The position numbers were made by a program, and so were the translations under genes. From an uncultured delta proteobacterium (GTDB taxonomy: Bacteria; Desulfobacterota; Desulfobaccia; Desulfobaccales; 0-14-0-80-60-11): a stretch of DNA of 64,000 bases. The notes under the pieces are model-generated. The model was not told where the DNA came from. It ran no database searches and saw only the letters and a list, made by a program, of their open reading frames with translations. Within the stretch, counting starts at the first letter, position 1. Each line of letters begins with the position of its first letter. Positions 10,349-20,203 of this stretch are shown in pieces. Where the stretch lies: NCBI GenBank assembly GCA_963812015.1, contig CAWETI010000002.1, forward strand, positions 928,001 to 992,000, read 5' to 3'.

Positions 10349-11098
10349 TTACGAAGCTGCAACCGACTCGGAAAAATCCTTATACTGTTGGACTACCGCC
10401 TCGGTGGCCCCCAAACTCCGGAGTTCTCCCTTTTCTAACCAGAGGGCCCGGTCGCAATATTGCAGAATGGGCTCGAGGGCATGGGAGACATAGAGGATGG
10501 TGCCGCCAGCTTGGCGAAAATGAGCAATGTGAGCATGGCATTTTTGTTGAAAAGCCGTATCTCCCACCGCGAGAATTTCATCCAAGATCATGATATCCGG
10601 GTCCACCGCGGTGACCACGGCAAATCCTAACCGGGTGATCATACCGGAAGAGTAGGCCCGCATCGGGGCTTCCATAAAATCATCTAGCTCGGCAAATTTG
10701 GCGATGGCCTCAAACTTCTCATCCATCGCCCGGCGGCTGATGCCCAGGATAGAGCCGAATAAATAGACGTTCTCCCGGCCGGTCAGTTCGTGGTCGAAGC
10801 CACCTCCCAATTCGATCATGGGGGCCACCTTGCCCGTAACCCAGACCCGGCCGGACACCGGCTTCATTACCCGGGCGATCAGTTTCAGCAGGGTGCTCTT
10901 ACCGGCGCCGTTCCTGCCGATAATGCCCAGCATCTCCCCCGGCAACACCTGAAAATTGATATGTTTCAAAGCCCAGAACTCTTCATATTCAATCCGGCCT
11001 TTGATGGATTTGATCATAAATTCCTTAAAGGAACGGATGCGCTCTTTAGGTAATCGGTAACGCACTGAAACATCTTCTAAGATGATGGGAAATTCCAT
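10349..11098 (-). CDS. wzt: Polysaccharide ABC exporter ATP-binding subunit
   Basis: Walker A GRNGAGKST, signature YSSGM, Walker B ILDE, VGD motif. No C-terminal carbohydrate-binding domain. Confidence 0.92.
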   Translation of the reverse strand: MEFPIILEDVSVRYRLPKERIRSFKEFMIKSIKGRIEYEEFWALKHINFQVLPGEMLGIIGRNGAGKSTLLKLIARVMKPVSGRVWVTGKVAPMIELGGGFDHELTGRENVYLFGSILGISRRAMDEKFEAIAKFAELDDFMEAPMRAYSSGMITRLGFAVVTAVDPDIMILDEILAVGDTAFQQKCHAHIAHFRQAGGTILYVSHALEPILQYCDRALWLEKGELRSLGATEAVVQQYKDFSESVAAS

Positions 11099-11118
11099 GG
11101 ATCACCGGCACCTGTCAG

Positions 11119-11898
11119 TTAAACATAATAAACAAAGGCGTCCGCCAAGTTGGTGAACACCCGGTATCCGATCCAGAGGGCCGCCACGGCCACCAGAAAG
11201 GCCAAACAGATCGTCTGGAGATCCGGAATCTCTCCCAGATAAATCGGCAGACGAAAACATTCGACCAGGTAATAAAAAGGGTTAAGTTTAAGGAATGGGA
11301 TATATTTTTTGGGAATAATGTCGATTGGATAGATGATCGGAGTAAGATACATCCATGGCATAAGAAAAACTTGATGCATATCTATTATATCACTGAAGAA
11401 TACTGCAGTTGCTGATAATATAAAAGATATTCCGATGGTAAACATCACTACGAAAATGATTGGTATCGGTAAAAATAATAAAGATAGGTGAAAACCTTTC
11501 CCTAAAATAGGTAAAAGTATGAAGAGGGGAATCAGTGCGAATCCAAGATTTACTAAGTTAGACAAAACAACAGATATTACAAATATTGGTTTTGGGACAT
11601 AGATTTTTTTAAAGAGCGGTCCGTTCAATAGCAGGCAACGCGATGCCACTTGGGTGCTCTGGGCAAAGAAATTCCAGAGTTGATATCCAGAAAGAAAATA
11701 AATAATAAAATTTTTAATTTCAAAGCGGAAGACCGTTGAGAAGACGATGGTGAAAACAATGGTATTTAAAAGCGGATTAAGCCAGCTCCAGCAAAAGCCT
11801 AATACCGAACGTTTGTACCGCACGGTAAGATCGCGGATCACCAGGTTATAGAGCAGATCCTTGTAGAGAATTAATTCTCTTAAATCTTCTTTAAACAC
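11119..11898 (-). CDS. wzm: Polysaccharide ABC exporter permease
   Basis: RYKRSVLGFCW, YLTPIIYP and LNP motifs; about six TM helices. Confidence 0.92.
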   Translation of the reverse strand: MFKEDLRELILYKDLLYNLVIRDLTVRYKRSVLGFCWSWLNPLLNTIVFTIVFSTVFRFEIKNFIIYFLSGYQLWNFFAQSTQVASRCLLLNGPLFKKIYVPKPIFVISVVLSNLVNLGFALIPLFILLPILGKGFHLSLLFLPIPIIFVVMFTIGISFILSATAVFFSDIIDMHQVFLMPWMYLTPIIYPIDIIPKKYIPFLKLNPFYYLVECFRLPIYLGEIPDLQTICLAFLVAVAALWIGYRVFTNLADAFVYYV

Positions 11899-12426
11899 GG
11901 GTTGATTTTTATCTCGTGTTGCCTAAGCTAGATTGCAGTATTAATTGGAGGAGGTCGATTCTCTCACTTAATAAATCTCGGGCGAAATTGAGGCTCGCCA
12001 TACGAATTTCTCCTCACCGCTATCTTTCACTCCAAGATTGCCCTCACCCGCATTGGTGATATTGCCTTATATTCACCGGGGAACCGGGGGCCGGAGCTGG
12101 TGGAAGAGCAACCCTCCATCTATCGGTGCCGGCGCTCTCCCGTTATTTTCCGCCGCCTCCCCACGACCCGGTAGACTGCCCTGCTCTTACCGCTCCCGGG
12201 GGCCTGGCCATACGAGCCAAGAGCACGGCCTACCGAACCAACCTTATCACTTTCCAGCCCGCCAGTCACGAGCTATTCCGCTCTCCCGCCCCTGTGAGCC
12301 CGGGAACCTGCATTTCTTTTATGTATGGTTTGAAATCTTCCCCAAATTTAGGGTATACTTTCCTGCGAAGGTCTGAAAAAGCCAATGGCCTTAGGGCACT
12401 CCTGGGGCTGAGAATAGGTTTGGTCA

Positions 12427-13539
12427 ATGAAGCCCCGACCCCCCCGTTTACGGGGAAGCCCGGCCCGGCTCGTGTTCCTCCTCCAGGATTTGGAATTTGG
12501 CGGGACGCAGCGGCATATTTTAGAATTGGCCCACCGCCTGGACTCAGCGCAGTTCCAGGTAGAGGTCTGGCTCATGATTGCCCGGGACGACATGGTCCCC
12601 ATCGCCCGGGCCCGGGGCATACCGCTGGTCTGGCTGTCCCGGGGGCAACACGTCGGGCCGGCCAGCATCATCAACCTGTGGCGTAGATTACAAACCACCC
12701 GAGTGGATCTCTTAGTGGCCCTAACCGTTATCCCCAATATCTGGGGACGGATTCTTGGACGTCTGCACCGGGTTCCTCTGATTGTGGGCAACTGCCGCGG
12801 CGGTACCGACCCTCAGCTACAGGCTGAGCGCTGGCTGTGGCCCCTGGCCCACCATATCGTGTGCAACAGCCGCGCCTTGAAGGACGCTTTGACCAGGGGT
12901 TACGGAGTTCCTGCCGATCATCTCACCGTGATCCCCAACGGCGTGGATACCGGGTTTTTCCAACCGCCGTCTTCGGCCGCCAAGAACGGCGGGCCGCTTA
13001 TAGTATTGTCAATCGCCCGTATGGTGGAGGATAAGGATCACGATACCTTGATCCGGGCTTTCCAGCTGGTAATCCAATCGCATCCCCGGGCTGAACTATG
13101 GCTGGTGGGGAACGGCCCCCGGCAACCGGTCGTCGAGCTTAAGGCTTCTCGCTGCCTGCCACCTGAACGGGTGCGGTTCATCCCCGGTCAATCGGATTTA
13201 CGCCCGCTGCTGCACCAGGCCAGTCTCCTGGTCCTGAGTTCCCGGGACGAGAGCCTCCCCAATGTCCTCCTGGAGGCCATGGCCGCCGGTCTGCCGGTGG
13301 TGGCAACGCGCGTGGGGGGGGTGCCGGAGGTCGTGATGCCGGGGAAGACCGGCTGGCTGGCCCCGCCCGGGGACCCCGCCGCCCTGGCGGCTGCCATCTC
13401 TCACTTATTGGATAATCCCGAAACCAGGCTGACTTTCGGCCGGGCGGGGCGGCGGCGGGTGGAACGGGATTTCTCCCTCGCCGCCATGATAAATCGCCAT
13501 CAGCAGGTGTTGGCGCGCCTTACCGCACAGACCCGGTAA
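12427..13539 (+). CDS. GT4 glycosyltransferase
   Basis: GGTQ, IPNGVD and ESLPNVLLEAMA (EX7E) motifs. Confidence 0.9.
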   Translation: MKPRPPRLRGSPARLVFLLQDLEFGGTQRHILELAHRLDSAQFQVEVWLMIARDDMVPIARARGIPLVWLSRGQHVGPASIINLWRRLQTTRVDLLVALTVIPNIWGRILGRLHRVPLIVGNCRGGTDPQLQAERWLWPLAHHIVCNSRALKDALTRGYGVPADHLTVIPNGVDTGFFQPPSSAAKNGGPLIVLSIARMVEDKDHDTLIRAFQLVIQSHPRAELWLVGNGPRQPVVELKASRCLPPERVRFIPGQSDLRPLLHQASLLVLSSRDESLPNVLLEAMAAGLPVVATRVGGVPEVVMPGKTGWLAPPGDPAALAAAISHLLDNPETRLTFGRAGRRRVERDFSLAAMINRHQQVLARLTAQTR

Positions 13540-13755
13540 AGCTGGCCATATCCGAGTTATTAGGTATGGCCATGGATGCTTTTCTCTTGAGTTAACTAGA
13601 TTTTCGTGACTACGTGTCCATAAGGTTGTTAAGAAAATAAATCGTCAGGGTCAAGGCAAGAAGCTGACCGGCCATGGCGTCGGCCTTTCCGGGTGCGCCA
13701 CTCTTTTTCCACGGTCGCTGGATTTTATCCGGGGCTCTAGAACGGAAAGCAGACT

Positions 13756-15660
13756 ATGTGCGGCATAGCTGGTTTGGTTAACGCCCCGGGCGTCGAGGCC
13801 CAATGTCGGGAGTGGCTGCAAGGCATGCTCGACGCCTTGGCCCATCGTGGACCGGATGGCCAGGGCATGTGGTTCGAACCATCCGTAGTTTTGGGAACTC
13901 GCCGCCTGAGCATTATCGACCAGGTAGGTGGCGCTCAGCCCGTAGTTGATGATTTCAAGCGGGCCGTGGTGGTTTTCAATGGAGAGATTTATAATTTTCC
14001 GGAACTCCGTCAACGCCTCCAGAGCAAAGGATTCCGGTTTAAGACCCGGTCCGATACCGAAGTGCTGCTCTGCGCCTATCTGGACCAGGGATATGATTGC
14101 CTCCACTCCCTGGAGGGGATGTTCGCCCTGGCCATCTGGGACCGGGAGCGGCGCACCCTCTTTGCCGCCCGGGATCGGATAGGCAAGAAACCTTTCTATT
14201 ATACCCTCCAGAACGGCGTCTTTGCCTTTGCTTCGGAGCTCTCAGCCTTTAAGAGGTTGCCATTCCTGGACCTGGAGGTTGATCGCCGGCAACTCATGCA
14301 GTTCCTGGCCTATGAATATGTTCCCACCCCCACATCCATCTATCGTCAGGTGGAAAAACTCAGGCCGGGACATTTTCTCACCTTCTCGGAGGGGCTTCTT
14401 AAAACCGTGCGGTATTGGGATCTGCCGGTGCCGGAGTCCGAGACCGGCCTGTCCTCAAGGGAATGCAGTGAAAAAATCCGCCGGCTCCTCGAGGCGGCTA
14501 TTGACAGGCGCTTGACCAGTGATGTGCCTCTGGGGGTTTTCCTGAGCGGGGGGCTCGACTCTTCGGCCATTGTGGCCCTGATGGCCGCCAGGAATTCCGG
14601 AACCCCCATCAAGACCTTCAGTCTGAGCGTCGCGGCCCCGACCTACGATGAATCGGACTACGCCCGATTTATGGCCAAAACTTTTGCAACCGACCACCAC
14701 GAGATCACCTTAGACGACACCACGGCTGCTGATTTACTGCCCCACCTCGTTTCCCGCCTGGACGAACCCATGGCCGACCCTTCCCTGGTGCCCACCTACC
14801 TGCTGTGTGAGAAAAGCCGCGACACCATTACGGTGGCCTTGGGCGGCGATGGCGCCGACGAGCTGTTCGTGGGTTATGAATATTTAATGGGCTTCAAGGT
14901 CGCGGAAACTTACTTACGTTTTCCCCGGTTTCTGCGGCGCCACATCCTGGAACCGCTCTTGCGTCGACTCCCTTTTTCCACGAATTATACGAGCCCCCGC
15001 CAGGCGGTGGAAAAATTTTTTTCGGGGCTGGATATGCCTCCGGCTCTCCGCACCCAGACCTGGCTGGAGGCGATTTCGCCCCGAGAGCAGCAGTCGCTCT
15101 GGCTCAACCCTCCGGCCGACGCCCTGACCAGCCAAACGATTTATGCCGAGACCCTGGCGTTATTTAACCGCTTCCCCGCCCCCGATCCCCTGGATCGCAC
15201 CTTCTATCTTTTTTTCCGTCAATATCTGCTCGATTATATCCTGGTCAAAGTCGACCGTTGTTCCATGATGCATGGCTTGGAGGTCCGCTCCCCTTACCTG
15301 GACACCAGCCTCATTGAATTTGCCTTTCCTTTGCCAAATCGGACCAAAATCCCGGTGCCCATGAGAAAGTATCTCCTTCGGCAGGCGGTGAAATCCTCCC
15401 TGCCGAGGCAAATTTTCTGGCGCAAGAAACGCGGCTTCTTAATCCCTACTTCCCTTTGGCTCAAAACCACCCTGCGCCCTCTGTTGGAGGACATGCTGGG
15501 GGAAGATCGCCTTAAACAGCAGGGATTATTTCAGCCCCGGTATGTCAGGCGCTTGTTGCAAGAGCACTACGCCGGGACCCGTGACCATCGCCAGGCGCTG
15601 TGGACCTTGTTAACCCTGCAGTTATGGTTGCATTCCCACAATCCCCGTATCGTTGACTGA
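13756..15660 (+). CDS. asnB: Asparagine synthase (glutamine-hydrolysing)-family amidotransferase
   Basis: MCGIAG N-terminus, HRGPD, FNGEIYN, LSGGLDSS, GDGADE. Position among glycosyltransferase genes suggests glycan amidation. Confidence 0.92.
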   Translation: MCGIAGLVNAPGVEAQCREWLQGMLDALAHRGPDGQGMWFEPSVVLGTRRLSIIDQVGGAQPVVDDFKRAVVVFNGEIYNFPELRQRLQSKGFRFKTRSDTEVLLCAYLDQGYDCLHSLEGMFALAIWDRERRTLFAARDRIGKKPFYYTLQNGVFAFASELSAFKRLPFLDLEVDRRQLMQFLAYEYVPTPTSIYRQVEKLRPGHFLTFSEGLLKTVRYWDLPVPESETGLSSRECSEKIRRLLEAAIDRRLTSDVPLGVFLSGGLDSSAIVALMAARNSGTPIKTFSLSVAAPTYDESDYARFMAKTFATDHHEITLDDTTAADLLPHLVSRLDEPMADPSLVPTYLLCEKSRDTITVALGGDGADELFVGYEYLMGFKVAETYLRFPRFLRRHILEPLLRRLPFSTNYTSPRQAVEKFFSGLDMPPALRTQTWLEAISPREQQSLWLNPPADALTSQTIYAETLALFNRFPAPDPLDRTFYLFFRQYLLDYILVKVDRCSMMHGLEVRSPYLDTSLIEFAFPLPNRTKIPVPMRKYLLRQAVKSSLPRQIFWRKKRGFLIPTSLWLKTTLRPLLEDMLGEDRLKQQGLFQPRYVRRLLQEHYAGTRDHRQALWTLLTLQLWLHSHNPRIVD

Positions 15661-15678
15661 TACCAATTGGCGATTTTT

Positions 15679-15736
15679 GTGGGAGTGGGACCTGCCTGTC
15701 CCCCCCGAAAGGGCGCACCCACAGGTGCGCCCCGAC
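15679..15736. repeat. Degenerate GTAG-family REP doublet (REPIN-like)
   Basis: Two GC-rich hairpins homologous to 30206-30266, lying between convergent genes. Confidence 0.6.
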
Positions 15737-15870
15737 AAGAAAATGGTATAAGGCCGGTCATCCTCCAACCGGGATGAGTGGCGTCTCCGCTCCTTGACCG
15801 GTGAGACCGGGTTCTTGGGTGAGTTGAGGGGGTGGGAGGCGGCCAGGGCTCCGGGGCGGCCAAGCCCGGT

Positions 15871-17091
15871 TCAAGCCCCGAAGCGTTGGAAGAGTTGAGA
15901 GACCTGGTCGTGACACCGTACCGGGTCGAACTGCTCTTTGACGAGCGCCTGGCCTCTCGCCGCCATTTCCAGGGCCGATCGACGGTCCCGGGTCATCTTC
16001 AGGATGGCTTCGGCCAGGGCCTCGGGATTTTTTTGGGGCACCAGGTAACCGGTCTCCCCATCACGGATCACTTCCCCGATACCCGCCACATCGGTGGCCA
16101 CGGTGGGCAACCGGTGCAACAGAGCTTCCAAAATGACATTCGGAATCCCGTCCCGATCACTGGAGGCGGCGATGATACTTGGCATCACAAAGACATCCGC
16201 GGCGCAAAACCACGGGGAAACTCGATCATGGGGGATGAATCCCGGAAAGGACACGCGGTTCTCCAGCCCTAACCACCGACTGAGCCACCGCAGATACGGG
16301 CCCAGGTAACCCGACCCGGCCAGGGTGAGATGGAAGTCGACGCCCTTATCGGCCAAGATTCGGGCGGCCCGCAGTAAGAGGGGAAAGCCTTTGACTTTGA
16401 CCAGACGGCCCATGGCCAAAATCTGATACGGGGCTCTCATGGCAACCGGGGCGTCTTGATAGGTTTCCAGGGGATAACCGTCGTAGGTCAGGAAAACCTT
16501 TTCCGGGCTCGCGCCGCTCAGTTTCAGGAGGTATGCCACATTAGCCTTGGGATTAGTCCTGACAAACACCGAGTCACGGATCTTCTCCGGCAAGGCGCCG
16601 TCCGGAGGATAGATATCCCCGGCCCGGGCCATAAAACTGAACGGTATCCCCGTCAAGCGGGAAGCCACCCACGCCGCGGTGGCCGGCCCGTTGGCCCAGG
16701 GGGCGTGGATATGCTGAATACCTTCCCGTTGAAAACATCTTGCCAGGGAAAACCCACAGAGAAAGGCCCAGACGTTTTCGCCCCCAATTTCCAGAGAACT
16801 CCATCGCCTGACGGGAATAGTCCGAATTAATTCCTGGGTCAAGGCCGGCTGGCGATGCCACCAATAGAGCAGGTCAGCGGGAATTTGCGTGATATGCGGG
16901 ATCCCCAACCGATCCACTTCATCGGCATTGAAGGCCATTTCGGCGGAAAGGCACTTCTTCCATTCCCCATAGAGAGAAACCACCGTGAGGCTGAGTCCCA
17001 TTTTCCGAAGATTGATGATTTCCCGGAAGATAAAGGTTTCGGATGGCTTGGGAAACCAGTGCAGGATATACGCAATTTTCCTCAGACCCAC
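15871..17091 (-). CDS. GT4 glycosyltransferase (WcaL-like)
   Basis: FPKPSETFIFREI, HIHA and DGIPNVILEA motifs. Confidence 0.88.
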   Translation of the reverse strand: MGLRKIAYILHWFPKPSETFIFREIINLRKMGLSLTVVSLYGEWKKCLSAEMAFNADEVDRLGIPHITQIPADLLYWWHRQPALTQELIRTIPVRRWSSLEIGGENVWAFLCGFSLARCFQREGIQHIHAPWANGPATAAWVASRLTGIPFSFMARAGDIYPPDGALPEKIRDSVFVRTNPKANVAYLLKLSGASPEKVFLTYDGYPLETYQDAPVAMRAPYQILAMGRLVKVKGFPLLLRAARILADKGVDFHLTLAGSGYLGPYLRWLSRWLGLENRVSFPGFIPHDRVSPWFCAADVFVMPSIIAASSDRDGIPNVILEALLHRLPTVATDVAGIGEVIRDGETGYLVPQKNPEALAEAILKMTRDRRSALEMAARGQALVKEQFDPVRCHDQVSQLFQRFGA

Positions 17092-17371
17092 AGCTTAATT
17101 CCTTTGGTGTCGCTCTCAGCCTCGGTTACCCGGAATGACGGCGCGGGCCGGCAAGCCCGATTCGTACCTCGATAATGGCGGGACCGTGCCGCCCTTGGTA
17201 AAGTTCTGAGCCATAGAGGCGCCAATTATTGCGGTGGGGCTCCCGGGGCGTACGCTGGAATTTATAACACAACGGGTTCCTTTGGAGCAATCAAAGCTTG
17301 GGCGTCGTCAAACCTGAAAGGGGTTTTTTTGTCAGCGCGATAAATATTCCCATCCCGGAGCGGCCCGGCGA

Positions 17372-18994
17372 TCAAATTCCCGAAGACGCCGCCCGGCGCT
17401 GAGTTTCCCCGGCAACCTCGAGGCCCCGCTCCTTCATGATCGCGGTGATTTTTTCCCGCACGATTTTTCTCAGGCAGAAGAGGTCCTCACCAATGATGCA
17501 GGCCGTCAGATAATCGACGAATCGGCTCGGGTTTTGTTTCCACATGCCGATCAACTGGGTCCAAAACTGACGCCGGTACGACGGGCGTATCCCTTGCCGC
17601 CACAGAGTCGTCAGCAAGGCCCGGATTTCATAGAAACTTGTGCGCCAAGTCTTCTTGTAGGCGGGGAGGGAGTCGGGCGGCCGGGGGGCCCCTTTGGCCA
17701 TAGCCATGGCCAGGCGCGTGGGCCGCATGGCCAGGTAGTAGCGATAGGTCCTGGCCAGATAACGGGACGGCTCATAAAGATAATCCCAGGCATCGATGTA
17801 CTCCTGCATAATCTCGGCTTCCGGTCGATCCGGGTCATAATTCAGCGGCGCGAAGGTGCCCCCGTCGTGACCGATGTCCGGCCGCAGCCGCCCTTCCCGT
17901 TCCAGGCGTTGCCACAGGCGGGTATGCGTCGGGGCCTGCAAGAGCCCCAGCACATTTATCGGTATGTCAGTCTGTTCGATGAAAGAGCAGATTCGTTTGC
18001 CGGCCCCTGGCTTTTCCCCGTCAAGGCCGAGAATGAAGCCGCCCATCACCGTCATCCCATTCTTCTTGAGGTTGTTGACCGATTCTACTAAGGGATTCTT
18101 AATGTTGTGATATTTACGGCTGGTTTCGAGCACCTTTTCATCCGGAGACTCGATCCCGATAAAGACTAGCCCCAGATTGTTTGCGGTCATGCGATCGACC
18201 AAAGCCAAATCCTGCCCCAGATTCACCGATACTTGCGTATAAAAGGTGAAGGGAGCGCCTCGACTCTTCATCCAGGGGGTGAGTTCTTGCAGGATGGCCC
18301 GGGCATGCTTCTTACTGCCGATGAAGTTGTCATCGCAGATAAACACTGTACCACTGACCCCGAGCCGGTGGAGAGTCTCCAGTTCGGCGACGACCTGCTT
18401 GGGGGTCTTGTAACGGGGTATGCGTCCGAAAAGATTCACCACATCGCAAAATTCGCAGTCAAACGGGCATCCCCGGGAAGTCTGAATCGTTAAGTTGACG
18501 TAATCGTTCAATCGCAACAGATCAAACCGCGGGATTGGCGAGGTCGTCAGATCCGGCTTCTCGTCATTTTCGATTATTCCGGTCTTGCCGTTGCGCATCG
18601 CCTCCAGAAGCAAAGGAATCGTATTTTCGCCCTCACCCCGCACCACAAAATCACAACCGGCCTCCAGGACGGCCTCAGGGAGTGCAGTGGGGTGGGGTCC
18701 CCCGGCTACGACGGTTTTTCCACGGAGCTTGGCTTCTCTCACCAAGGCCAACAAACCCGCCCTTTGAATGTACATGGCCGATATCAAAACCAGATCGGCC
18801 CACTGCCAATCTTGCTCAGTCAGCCTTATGGTGTTGAGATCGGCCAAACGCAGTTCCCATTCAGTGGGCAACAAGGCTGCCACCGTCAGCAGACCCAAAG
18901 GTGGATTAGCAATTTTGCTCCCCTGGAGCCGCACAGCATTTCGGAAACTCCAGAAGGACAGGGGAACTTCGGGAAATATTAACAAAGCCCGCAT
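17372..18994 (-). CDS. B12-binding radical SAM protein (DUF4070-type C-terminus)
   Basis: PPLGLLTVAA and GGPH in the B12 domain; SRGCPFDCEFC (CX3CX2C). Confidence 0.9.
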   Translation of the reverse strand: MRALLIFPEVPLSFWSFRNAVRLQGSKIANPPLGLLTVAALLPTEWELRLADLNTIRLTEQDWQWADLVLISAMYIQRAGLLALVREAKLRGKTVVAGGPHPTALPEAVLEAGCDFVVRGEGENTIPLLLEAMRNGKTGIIENDEKPDLTTSPIPRFDLLRLNDYVNLTIQTSRGCPFDCEFCDVVNLFGRIPRYKTPKQVVAELETLHRLGVSGTVFICDDNFIGSKKHARAILQELTPWMKSRGAPFTFYTQVSVNLGQDLALVDRMTANNLGLVFIGIESPDEKVLETSRKYHNIKNPLVESVNNLKKNGMTVMGGFILGLDGEKPGAGKRICSFIEQTDIPINVLGLLQAPTHTRLWQRLEREGRLRPDIGHDGGTFAPLNYDPDRPEAEIMQEYIDAWDYLYEPSRYLARTYRYYLAMRPTRLAMAMAKGAPRPPDSLPAYKKTWRTSFYEIRALLTTLWRQGIRPSYRRQFWTQLIGMWKQNPSRFVDYLTACIIGEDLFCLRKIVREKITAIMKERGLEVAGETQRRAASSGI

Positions 18995-19396
18995 GGTTGA
19001 ACAGCTCCTACGAATGCCAGTGAGATGGCGTCACCGATTACCCTGCCTATTTTTTGGTCAACTTTCAAGGGAAAATCGCGGAGTCGGGTCGGCCTTATGC
19101 TTCAGGATGGATTCCATCATGCAGGAGCTTCAGGTTTGCCGCGCAAATTTGAAGATGCCGGAAGGATTCAGGAAACCGCAAAAGTTCGTCCGAAAAAACC
19201 TGTCTGGTTTACTCAAGCAAGCACCGTGTGGTTTGTTAAGGGGTGGTTCCTAGATAATCTGGAGACTATTTATTCAGATATGAGGTGAATAACAACGCAC
19301 CTCAACCCTTTTAGAAGAATACCTCAATGGCGGCTATCGTCAGTTTTAATCTGAAAATCAAAACTAGTTAATAAAAACTTATACGTAGATATCCTC

Positions 19397-19705
19397 TTAG
19401 TACCAAGAGTAGAGCCTTGGCCATTTATTTACCACAACTCCCTGACAGATTTGTAGTTGCAGTGAATTTACTTCAGTTTCCAGAAAAAAAGGGTCTCTAT
19501 ATCCATAAGCATAAGTGTAGAGTTCACTGCCATTACTCATTTTTTCTTTCGAAAATGGCACTCCTAACATAGAAATAACGTCACTTTCCGTCGTCGTGCC
19601 AGGTTTAATATTGTTCGTCGCTGCAACGTTGAATTGACGTCCGGCTGTCGTGGAACACCCCAGAAATAGACCCACAAATAGTAAAAGTAACAGGTTTTTT
19701 GCCAT
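19397..19705 (-). CDS. Small lipoprotein, SmpA/BamE-like fold
   Basis: Lipobox FLGC; IKPGTTTESDVISMLGVP motif; SD GGAGGAGG. AT-rich. Confidence 0.7.
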   Translation of the reverse strand: MAKNLLLLLFVGLFLGCSTTAGRQFNVAATNNIKPGTTTESDVISMLGVPFSKEKMSNGSELYTYAYGYRDPFFLETEVNSLQLQICQGVVVNKWPRLYSWY

Positions 19706-20203
19706 GATCCCCTCCTCCTGCTTCGAAAGATTTCTCCTCGTGGGCGATCCATCAGGCTTTCTGCCTGAAAACTTTTTCAATAATAATCATTCTCACAGAA
19801 AAATCAAGTGCCTAACTCCGTGAGAAGTTCCAGCCGGGGCTATTTCTGCCGGGGTTCCAACCTTCCCCCCTCAAGAGTTGGAGAGAGGCTCGCCCTTTCA
19901 CCACGGAGGATACGGTCAGGCCCAGATAGTCACCGCGTCAGGCCCTCCCAAGCTCACCCCGGAGCACGCATCACCGGGGCCCATTGCCAGGAGCGCCTGC
20001 CTGGCCGGAGTTCTGTCGGCCAGGGTCCCCGGGCCTTTCAGCACTAGCTTTACAAATTCTCCAAATCCTGCGATTAATGATAAAATTTGTTGAGATCAAG
20101 GTCATGTCTCTGAATTTCCCGTCGTCCTTAAGATAACGCCATGTGCGCTTCCGGAGCCGGACCCCCGGCGGACCGGAGTGGGAGGGTAGCACCCCTGGAT
20201 GAG

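Noticed and set aside
18995..20140. Cobalamin or other riboswitch near the B12 radical SAM gene
   Set aside because: No B12-box or other recognisable aptamer consensus found by eye; an Rfam scan would be needed to exclude an ncRNA at 19810-20045.
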